This document shows, piece by piece, positions 9,171-18,100 of a stretch of 64,000 nt of DNA. The number at the start of each line of letters is the position of its first letter. Within the stretch, counting starts at the first letter, position 1. A model generated the notes under the pieces. That model was not told where the DNA came from and searched no databases. It worked only from the letters and a program-made list of their open reading frames with translations. Both the position numbers and the translations under genes were made by a program. Location of the stretch: positions 1,904 to 65,903 of IMG/VR virus record IMGVR_UViG_3300014039_000036; one strand, written 5' to 3'. This DNA is from a virus.

Positions 9171-9799
9171 CGGTACCTCGGACGCCTCGCCTGCCTGCCT
9201 TCGATTCCCATGTTCATGTTCTCCTTCTTCCAGAGGTTCTTGTCCGTGTAGGACGGGTCCTTCGTGCCCTCTATCGTGCACTCCGATGCGGGCATGGCCC
9301 TGATGCTCTCCGCCAGGGTCCCCTCCCTCGGCTCCCCTGCTTCGTTGACGGCGGAGCTGTAATCCTCGACATAGCGCTTCGCGTTCTCGGCGATGCGCTT
9401 CGCCACATCCTCCACCGTAGGCGGGAACGTGTCCCATTCCGCTTCGACATCGAGGATGTCGAGGGTCCTGTACAGCGCGGGACGCATGAAAGGATTGGGC
9501 ATCGCACCGTGCTCCATGACCATGCTGTACACCTTGTCCGCATAGGCTTCGGAATAGCCTCTGGCGGCGGCCCAGTCCCTGAACTTCTCCCTGGTGAGGG
9601 TGATCTTCGGATTCTTGACTCCCATGGGTCCGCGCTTGGTGTGGTCCGCAGGCCTGGTGCCGAACTCCACGTATGCGGCGTACGGAGCATCGGCCACCAC
9701 GACCCATTCGTCCAGCAGGCCCATCTCCTCCAGACGCTCCTTCAGAGCCTTCTCGATCTCGTCACGGAGCCGTGCCTCGTCGATGACCACCTCGCTCAT
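9167..9799 (-). CDS. HK97 gp10-like neck/tail-completion protein
   Basis: APYAAYVEFGT and PNPFMRPA motifs; ends CGA-TGA, with the CGA overlapping the next ATG. Confidence 0.7.
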   Translation of the reverse strand: MSEVVIDEARLRDEIEKALKERLEEMGLLDEWVVVADAPYAAYVEFGTRPADHTKRGPMGVKNPKITLTREKFRDWAAARGYSEAYADKVYSMVMEHGAMPNPFMRPALYRTLDILDVEAEWDTFPPTVEDVAKRIAENAKRYVEDYSSAVNEAGEPREGTLAESIRAMPASECTIEGTKDPSYTDKNLWKKENMNMGIEGRQARRPRYR

Positions 9800-11511
9800 T
9801 CCATGCTCCCGTCGGCCTCCCTCTTGGAGAGGTCCACCTCGTCCTCGGCATCGCCTATCTCCTCGTCCTCTCTGCGGGCGGTGCCCTTCTCGGGAGGCCC
9901 GTCTCCGTCCCCGGGCATCATCCCTCCGTCGGCGATAGGCTGCTGGGCCATCTGCGCCTGCATCTTCGCCTGCGCCTCCTGCTCCTTGCGCTGGATCTGG
10001 TCGATGGGCTCCTCGGAGTACCTGAACTCGCCGTCCACGTAGCGGATGTCGAATCCGAGGGACTTCATCATCTGGGCCTCCTGCATCTTGTCCATCCTGC
10101 GCTTGGCGTCGGTGTACGCCTTGGACGGCCTGTTGACCCTCAGCTGCCAGTCGGTTATCTTCGGGAACCAGCTGAGTATCCAGTCGCACAGCCTGTCGAT
10201 GAAGTTGTACTTGTCCATCAGATAGCGGTCCATGACGGTGATCTGCTGGGACTCGTTGTTCATCCCCCCGGAGGCCTCCACGTCTCCTGCGAACAGGTTG
10301 GGGAGCCCTCCGTGGGCGCACAGCCTGTTCCTGATGTCGTCCTTGACCTGCAGGGCCTGCGAGGCGTCGTCGGTGCCCAGCTCCAGTGTCTGGGCCTTCA
10401 TCTCCGCCGTCCCCGGGATCTGGGGAGGAGTGCAGATGATGGGGATGGAGTTCGTATTGGTGGACAGCACGTCCTGCACGCCCTTGGCCATGGACTCCGC
10501 ATCCTGCTCGTTGAACCCGGGCAGGATGACGATCTTCCTGACGTACCCGAACTTATATCTGGACAGGAAGTGCTTCTCCAGATAGTGGTAGGTGAGGAGG
10601 TCGTCCTCTATATCGAACCACGTGGGGATGCCGTATGTGAGGGAGGGTCTGAACCAGTGGTCCTGATAGACCTCCTCCTGGGTGTACAGCCAGTACTGCC
10701 CGTTGCCTCCGGGGGACTCTCCGATCTGCCAGTAGGCGGGGTATATCTCCTTGCCCTCCTGCGACAGCTCGTAGAGCTTCTCCTCGTCCGTGTCGATGTC
10801 GATCTTGCTGCATCTGTCCTCGCGGATGAAGCCGTAGGTGGTCCCCGGCTTCCCGGTCCTGTCGAACAGGCACATGACGTACTCGGGAGCCTCGGCGATG
10901 AACTCCAGGGGGTAGGCCCTCTCCAATCTCCCGGTGTCCTTGTCTATGAGGTCCCCGGTGACGCACAGGATATACGCCTGATTGTTGAGATACTGCGACT
11001 CCGCATAGGACCTCATGACCTCCTTGAGCGTCTGTCCGTTGTCGTTGGCCTCCTCCATGAAGCTCTTGCCGTTCGGACGGACGAAGTACGCCTGCTGGCT
11101 CCAGTCCGGTCTCCTGAGCCTCGCGGAGCCGCACTGGGGGCACCTGTCGATCTCGGTCTGGGACTCGTACCCGCAGTCCTCGCATTTCTTGTCGAACTTC
11201 GGCACGAGGCTCAGGTCGTGCCTGAACAGCTCCGTGGTCGCACGGGTGCAGATGGTGGACAGCACCGAGACCTCGCGCCTGTACCAGTTCATCAGGGTGT
11301 ACATCATCCAGAAATTGGACTGCTCCGCGACGCGGTAGTACTGGTTGGTCGGACGCTCGGCGTTGGCCACGGCCACGTTGATGCGTTTGAACTCGTCCTG
11401 TCTGCCGATGACGTCTTCCGTCCCCGCTCCCATCTGGGACAGCGTGATCGGGGGAAGGCTCTGCTGCATGGATGGCGCCGCAGGCACCGATGCGCTTCCG
11501 ATTATCCTCAT
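9796..11511 (-). CDS. Portal protein
   Basis: 571 aa directly after TerL; portal-like DxxRNRLCAHGGLP and acidic tail; contains a CxxC-x10-CxxC insertion. Confidence 0.8.
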   Translation of the reverse strand: MRIIGSASVPAAPSMQQSLPPITLSQMGAGTEDVIGRQDEFKRINVAVANAERPTNQYYRVAEQSNFWMMYTLMNWYRREVSVLSTICTRATTELFRHDLSLVPKFDKKCEDCGYESQTEIDRCPQCGSARLRRPDWSQQAYFVRPNGKSFMEEANDNGQTLKEVMRSYAESQYLNNQAYILCVTGDLIDKDTGRLERAYPLEFIAEAPEYVMCLFDRTGKPGTTYGFIREDRCSKIDIDTDEEKLYELSQEGKEIYPAYWQIGESPGGNGQYWLYTQEEVYQDHWFRPSLTYGIPTWFDIEDDLLTYHYLEKHFLSRYKFGYVRKIVILPGFNEQDAESMAKGVQDVLSTNTNSIPIICTPPQIPGTAEMKAQTLELGTDDASQALQVKDDIRNRLCAHGGLPNLFAGDVEASGGMNNESQQITVMDRYLMDKYNFIDRLCDWILSWFPKITDWQLRVNRPSKAYTDAKRRMDKMQEAQMMKSLGFDIRYVDGEFRYSEEPIDQIQRKEQEAQAKMQAQMAQQPIADGGMMPGDGDGPPEKGTARREDEEIGDAEDEVDLSKREADGSME

Positions 11512-11538
11512 ATAGACACCTCTATCCTCTCCGAAGGT

Positions 11539-14034
11539 TTAAAAATCTCTTTTCGATGAGAACACCCTGCGACTCCTCGGGCTTTCACCTCCCTTCGACG
11601 GAGTCACACCTCCTTTGGCTTCGAAGACGCGTGCTGTAGCGTTGATGAAGAACGGTGTACTACAATAGCGTACAGCGTCAAGGCAATTCCCTACTAATGT
11701 CTTACAGGCGAAGAAATCATGCGCCTCATCCACTGTGAGATCATAGACATACTCGAAACGTCTGGTCGATTCAACAGCCTTTATCTTTTGAAGCCGGCAT
11801 TTCTTTGCCAGTTCCACGGAGTCTGAGCTGAGCCCCACATGTTTCAGAACAGGTCCGAGTCTTGTAGTATTTGTTTGTCTTGAAAGTCCCTCCACATATG
11901 ACACAAACGCGTTCCTCGTCATCGACCCCGGATGCTCTACGGGCTGCAGATTTACAGGCATTTGAGCAGAATTTTCCATGACCTGGCTTGGCCATATACT
12001 CTTTTTTGCAATATTGGCATATGTGTTCGACCGGTTTGAGATTCTGTGCGACTTGTTTTCCATGTTGGACATGCCACTCGTGCCCCTCTTCGGAAGCATG
12101 CCACGCTCTGCACAGTGATTGTTGTTTAGAATTGAGGTCCTGCATGGTTTTGCGCCTATCCTCTCTACGCTCCTGCGACCAGGGATGTCTCTGCATATGT
12201 TCTGCGCGTGTGAGACATTCGAGATTGGAGATATCGTTGTTGTCTGGATTCTCATCGATATGATGGATTTCATAGCCCTTTGGAATAGGCCCGTTGTATT
12301 GTTCCCAAATATATCTGTGTAATAATATACACTTGTATCCATCATATCTTCTGAAATACACGCGCATGTCACGGGCTTTTGCATCAGGATATCTGGACCA
12401 GATATACCCGTCATACTCGATACGTTCGCTTTTTGCATTTTCTGAACGGGGTCTTGCCATTGGATTACCTCATCATATACCGTAAGACATCCAAGACACT
12501 TAAGCCCTTCCATCGTCATAATCGGATGGTCTTTCGTTCCTTCCAACACAGTACCATTCTCGAATTCTACACGCCATATCTCCGCCGGCAACGGACGGGC
12601 GATACCTGCGGCCAGCACCTTCCTGTAGCCGAGATGGGTCAAGACCATGTCCCCGACCTCGATGTCCTCGATAGGCACCTCTCCGTGATCGGTGATCACC
12701 ATGGTGCCCGCTACAAGACAATGATCGAACTCTTTGATCGGTTTTTCAAGCCATACCCCATCAGCTGAACGATCATACGCGTAATTCTGCAGCTCTATGA
12801 GCGTGTTCCTGCACGATTGATGGACGTGCCATTTGAACGACTGGAGCCTCTGGATACCGTTCTTCAGGGAGTCGGGACCCTTCAGAGCGGGACGGATGGC
12901 GGGAAGCGCCCATGTGATCGGTATCTGGTTGCCGTGCTCGTCGATGGTCGCCTCGGTGAGCCCTCTCTGGAGCTCGCTGATGGACTTCGGCTCCGCGGCG
13001 TCCGCCCAAATAGTCTCCTTGCCGTAGCCCATGGCGCAGATGCGCTTGGCGATGGCGAGGTTGGTCATTCCGCGGTCGTACATCTCGTCGAACACCCACA
13101 GCTCCCTTGCTCCGAGGTCGAAGAACACCGCCACGAAGGCGTTGTACGATATCGAGTACCCGAAGTCCAGTCCGAAGGAGAGCACTCCGCGGGGGTGCTG
13201 CTCTATGACCTCCTTGATGTCGAAGGCCTCCTCCTGCCAGTTCTCGTAGATCAGACCCTCGGCGATACCCCAGTCCCCGTCGCACACGATACGGGCGAGA
13301 CGCGGAGCGTCCTTGTAGAGGGCCATGTACTGCGCCCTGTCCACGTCGGAGAGATGCTCGTTGCATCTGAACGTGGTCGTTATCGCGAGGGTGTCGGGAC
13401 GGGGATGGTCGAAGAACCTCGCCTTTATCCACGAGGTGGCGGACCATGGGTTGAACGTCCCGGTGTACTGCTTCCACAGATACGGCGGAAGGTCTCCGCG
13501 TATGGACATGGCCATGGTGTCGAAGTCGTTCTCGTTGCCGAAGTCCGCGAACTCCTCCAACCACACCCAGCAGAGGTATCCTTCGGACACTCCGACTGAT
13601 GCCAGCTTGAGAGGGTCGTCCATTCCTCTGAACAGGATGACCTGCTCGTTGGGGCGGGACTCGGACTTGCGGTGCGTCATCCTCAGATTGGACGGCGAGA
13701 CCTCCCAGCTGTCGTGCAGGTACAAGCGGTTGATGGCCCACTCCAGCGTGGCGAACACCGAGTCGCGGAGGGTGTTGGTCTGCTTCTTGATGACCAGCAG
13801 ATTGGCCTCCGGATAGCGCTCCAGATGCCAGATGAACCACAGAGCGGCGGTGTAGGACTTCTTGGAACCCTTGGAGCCCTTCACCATGCGGTAGAGGTCC
13901 TTGCTGTTCCAGAATTCGTCGTATCCCTCTCCGATGAGCCTGCGGAGGGAGATGATCGGCCTTCCGTCGGGACCTATGGGGTCGCCGTAGCGGGTGACGG
14001 GCGCATCGCTCGGAGCGATCGCTGTACTCGGCAT
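11539..14034 (-). CDS. terL: Terminase large subunit (PBSX-like) containing an intein
   Basis: Walker A-like KGSKGSKKS, WLEEF (Walker B), TFNP, GLDFG, and DH[intein]CLDAVRY nuclease motif. Start 14034 has an upstream GAAGGAG RBS. Confidence 0.92.
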   Translation of the reverse strand: MPSTAIAPSDAPVTRYGDPIGPDGRPIISLRRLIGEGYDEFWNSKDLYRMVKGSKGSKKSYTAALWFIWHLERYPEANLLVIKKQTNTLRDSVFATLEWAINRLYLHDSWEVSPSNLRMTHRKSESRPNEQVILFRGMDDPLKLASVGVSEGYLCWVWLEEFADFGNENDFDTMAMSIRGDLPPYLWKQYTGTFNPWSATSWIKARFFDHPRPDTLAITTTFRCNEHLSDVDRAQYMALYKDAPRLARIVCDGDWGIAEGLIYENWQEEAFDIKEVIEQHPRGVLSFGLDFGYSISYNAFVAVFFDLGARELWVFDEMYDRGMTNLAIAKRICAMGYGKETIWADAAEPKSISELQRGLTEATIDEHGNQIPITWALPAIRPALKGPDSLKNGIQRLQSFKWHVHQSCRNTLIELQNYAYDRSADGVWLEKPIKEFDHCLVAGTMVITDHGEVPIEDIEVGDMVLTHLGYRKVLAAGIARPLPAEIWRVEFENGTVLEGTKDHPIMTMEGLKCLGCLTVYDEVIQWQDPVQKMQKANVSSMTGISGPDILMQKPVTCACISEDMMDTSVYYYTDIFGNNTTGLFQRAMKSIISMRIQTTTISPISNVSHAQNICRDIPGRRSVERIGAKPCRTSILNNNHCAERGMLPKRGTSGMSNMENKSHRISNRSNTYANIAKKSIWPSQVMENSAQMPVNLQPVEHPGSMTRNAFVSYVEGLSRQTNTTRLGPVLKHVGLSSDSVELAKKCRLQKIKAVESTRRFEYVYDLTVDEAHDFFACKTLVGNCLDAVRYCSTPFFINATARVFEAKGGVTPSKGGESPRSRRVFSSKRDF
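11686..12720 (-). mobile_element. Intein (345 aa) in the TerL nuclease motif DH|CxDAxRY
   Basis: Block A CLVAGTMVIT, block B GTKDHPIMT, block F VYDLTVDEAHDFF, block G LVGN followed by +1 Cys. Penultimate residue is Gly rather than His. Confidence 0.9.
11771..12460 (-). CDS. HNH endonuclease with zinc-ribbon repeats, nested out of frame inside the intein
   Basis: LHRYIW...GPIPKGYEIHHIDENPDNNDISNLECL...H; CQYC/CSNAC/CVIC/CSETC clusters; own GAGGT RBS 6 nt upstream. Confidence 0.85.
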   Translation of the reverse strand: MARPRSENAKSERIEYDGYIWSRYPDAKARDMRVYFRRYDGYKCILLHRYIWEQYNGPIPKGYEIHHIDENPDNNDISNLECLTRAEHMQRHPWSQERREDRRKTMQDLNSKQQSLCRAWHASEEGHEWHVQHGKQVAQNLKPVEHICQYCKKEYMAKPGHGKFCSNACKSAARRASGVDDEERVCVICGGTFKTNKYYKTRTCSETCGAQLRLRGTGKEMPASKDKGC

Positions 14035-14512
14035 CGATGCATTCTCCTTCGACCGGGAGCGGTTCGTCATCATCGTCGTCATCGTCATCGGACGATGCGC
14101 TCATGGTGACCACCTCGGAGGCCGTCATCACGCCGTTCTCTATGCGGACGTCCTTGGCGGACGTGATGGCCAGGTCGTCCACGAACGTGGGCGCCTCGAC
14201 CTGCATGAGCTGCTCCTTGACAGGCTCCAGGCCGCCGTACTTGAACAGGAACTCCGCCTTGCGCTGGTCCCCCTGCACGGCATCGGCCGCGAACTGCATG
14301 ATGATACGGGTCCTGATGTCCACGTTGGCGTTCTTGTACGCCTTGAGAGGCCTCTGTCCGTCCACGTAGTCCATCGGACCCTCCTTCACCGGCGATGCGA
14401 GAACGGTGTTGATTATGTTCTGGATGTCGCGGCGGTTGTTCTTCTTGGCGAGGGCCCTCTCCGCCAGCACCTCCGTGGGAGTGTATAGGCTGGGTGCATC
14501 GGACATGGGCAT
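14006..14512 (-). CDS. Putative terminase small subunit
   Basis: Immediately upstream of TerL; helical protein with acidic tail; CGA at 14006-14008 (standard code would run to 12773 inside TerL). Confidence 0.55.
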
Positions 14513-14979
14513 CGCCTGTTGAACGCTCCGTCCTTCTTCATCCTTCCGAGAGGAGTCAGCTGTCTGCACCTTAGGCATCTGTCCGGAAGAGTTTTCAGGG
14601 ACATCCCGTATTTGAGCTTGCATATCGGGCAGGTCCACCCGTCGTCGGGGTTGTCCACGATCTCCCCGCCTTCGAAGTTCTCTCCGTAGAACGAGAAGTA
14701 CATCTCCGCGAGATTGTCGCTCAGGGCGAACTCCCTGGCGCACATATCGTAGTCTCCCTTGGTGGCGCGGTACTTCTCCATCTCCGCATCCTGTCCCGAA
14801 CGGACCGTCATCCTCTCGATGCCGCGCTTCTGCTGCCTGTAGATGTCCAGCCTGAGCCTGTTGGCGACCTCCGGGTCCACCCAGCGCTCCAGTAAGCTAG
14901 CCGGCATAATCCTCAGCTCGTACGGCGTGAAGGCGTGATGCATCCGTTCCCTGAATTCCTCCGATGCCCGCGATGTCAT
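14512..14979 (-). CDS. Hypothetical protein with C-terminal Zn ribbon
   Basis: CPIC...CLRC; ends at CGA 14512-14514 overlapping the next ATG (standard code: 14413). Confidence 0.65.
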
Positions 14980-15103
14980 ATGCTGTCTCGATGACAGACT
15001 GCATATATGGGCATTTTGAAGGTATGACGTATACAAGTATAGGTGCGGTATATACAGAATAAAAAGAGGTAAGAGGTTTGGCGGAGCGGAAGCTCCGCGG
15101 ATA

Positions 15104-18100
15104 TCACCATTCGCTGGAGATGTAGTCCTGCAGATCGCAGTCGGGTATCTCCGGGTGATTCTGTTGTATGTATTTGCGGAACGGAACAGGCCATTCGGCG
15201 ATGTGTCCCGCGTCGCTCGCATAGAGAGATTTACGGATGCTTTTAAGGACTCCGTACGAGGGGTTGGTATACGTGGGTGAATCGTCCACGCTGGAGCTGG
15301 TGGATGCCGTCCTCGACATACCTCTTCTGTACGAGGGGTTGGTATACGTGGGTGAATCGTCCTTTGTAGTATAGTTGTGGATGCCGTATCCGTTGTCAAA
15401 AGTGATATAGTCGTTGTTTTTCATATTGTCATTTCTGATCATCCGAGCAGTTTCAGCATCAAGACCTCCTCCTACACGAAGGATTCCAGGATAATCATCT
15501 GAACCGCCTATGCGGAGATCATCAGCTCCGTCGTCCGATCCTCCCGCACGAAGGTCTCCCTGATAGTCATCTGAACCACCTATGCGGAGATCATCAGCTC
15601 CGTCGTCGGAACCGCCTATGCGGAGATCATTACCCGTAACGGGTCCATCGACCAGTTTATCGAAGTATCCTTTCTCTATCTTGTCGGACCCTTTATCACC
15701 TGTCTTCAGAGAGATTTCCTTCTTCGTCAACCCCTCGTCGTTGGTCTTGGCGGTGGGGATGTCCGCGGGCATGCCGCGCTCTCTCCCGTCTCCGCCCATC
15801 CGCACGGGCACGCATCCGAACGCGAACACGGAGCCTCCGATAGGTGCTCCGTAGGGGTGTCCGTCCTTGCCCGTGTTCTTCGCTATGCTGTCCATCATGT
15901 CCCTGAGGGACATATTCCTCATCTCATCCATTATCCTCACCCTGTTATTCCGATCGGATTCTGTAAACTTTTTGTCGAGCGTCTTATTATATTCCGACCC
16001 CGACTTCCATTTGTCGGCCTCCCTGCCATCGAACGAGAGACTCTTGTCTTCCACGATCTTGTCCTTGTTCTCCTTCGTCTGAGCACCGATGATCTTGCCT
16101 TGATCGATGAGATTCTTGCCCTGGTACCTGACCGGCACGTTCTGATCCGGTGCGACCTTCGGCAGGTTTTCAACGGAATCATCGGCATTCGTCTTGGAAG
16201 AATCATCGGCATTCGTCTTGGAAGAATCATCGGCATTCTTCGCCTCAAGTTTCTTCCGTTCTTCTGCAGCTTTGGCTGCGAGAGCTCTGTCTTCATCAGT
16301 AAGGGGCGTAACGATCTCGGACGGATCATCCCCATTGCCCAGTCTCGCCTCCTGTTGCTGGACACTCGCCTGGTATTGATTGACCTTGAACGTGTCCCCT
16401 CCGAGCATCTGCAGAAGGTTGCGCTCCCTCTCATTGGAGTTGTGCCAGTTCCTTCTGTCTCCTTCGGAGGGCTTGTCCTCGTTCTCCCGTTTCTCATACG
16501 CATTCTGAATATCATAGGTCTTATCCGGCTTGAGGTTCTCGGATTTTTTGGGAATCAATTGTCTGACGATGCGCTTCTCCGCATATCCTTCGTCGCCGGG
16601 TTGCACTGCGGTGTTCATGAACTTCTGCTGATCGGACGGCAGCATGTCCATCCATTCTTCATCGGTTATGTTCGCCTGCCTGTTCCCCTTGACCTCATCG
16701 TAGCCGATGTCGCCCACGAGGTACTTCATCGGACCGTAGTCGACGTTCCCGAAATCCAGGTCGTCGAATCCCTGGAATCCCTTTTTCTGAAGGAGCTTCC
16801 TGAACTCCGGCATCACCTCCGTCCATTCGCCTTCCTTCGAGAGATCCTTATCTTCCAGCAGATCAGTGTCATCCGAATAGGCTCTTTTCTGCCTCATCAT
16901 ATCGACATAGGAGCCTACTGCATCTGCCATGCGCCGCATGATGGGGTCGCGGGTGGACTCGGCTTCATTTTCCAGATCAGACCATATAGAATTCACATCT
17001 TTATGTCTGAAAGCACTCTCGGCCAATCTTCTGATTCCGGGGTGGTCGTCGTAGTGAGGCCAGAACTTAGGCTGAGCCATTGATGATTCTGTTGTCAGCT
17101 GATCTGCAAGAAACTTGTATAACTCGCTCATATCAGCCTTCGTTTCGTAATCTGATATTGGTGAGAAACCCGCCATTTTTCCATTTTCATCCATCTGGAT
17201 CGTTTCGGGCGAGGACGGCACGGCTTTTTTCGAAAGAGAATACAGGTACTCTGCGAGGCCTTCGACAGAAGGTTTGAATTTCTCATCTCTGAACTTCGTC
17301 TTGTTTTCATCCAGCTTCTCATTGACCCTGGCGTTCATCTCCGCACGGGCTTCCGAAAGCTTGCTCAGCGAATCGGCCCATTGAGCATAGATGGAATCCG
17401 CATCTCCTTGAGAAAGACGCTTCAAAGTGGCGATGAGTGTTTTCGTCTTGCTGTCTGGAATCGGCACGTTCCGTGTGAAGTCGGCAAGTCTGTTGGATGC
17501 ATGCACCACTTCTGTAGGCAGTTTGCGGAGCATCTCGCCCCAGACCTCGTCCTCCCAGTTCTCGCCGTATTGGTTCTTCATGGCTCCGGCGAGTCCGTAC
17601 GTCTTCGCATCGGGATTCTCGCCGAGCATCTCGCTCATGGTTCTATAGAACTGGCTGTCCTTGGACAGAGGGTCGAGACTCTGATATGTGTTCTGCTTTT
17701 CTTTGATGTCTTCCAGGAAAGGCACGATACTCTCCTTAGTCAGACCGGGATAGGCATCCATGACCTGTTTGATCACCGCCTCCGCCTTATCAGCATAGCC
17801 TCTGCGCGTGTGATTCCTCAATGTATTCAGCAATCCGCCGAATCTGTTGAGAACCTCCAGCTGCTTCGCCCTCAGTTCATCGTCCCTCTCGGGCGAACCC
17901 TCAGGCGTCGTGAACGTCGTGCCTGCGGGCAGAGGCACGTCGTACGCATCGTCCAGAACATTCCGGTACAGCTCCGATGCGGAGCGGGCCCGCTCGGCAT
18001 TCCTTACACCCCTGCGCCTTTCGTCCTCCATGCCCTCTTCGTTGAGGATGATGACGGCGGCATCGATGAGGGCCATCTTGTCATGGTCGAAGTAGCCGGG

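Noticed and set aside
12773-14743. 656-aa ORF overlapping TerL
   Set aside because: Only 14006-14512 looks coding; the rest is shadow-frame text after CGA.
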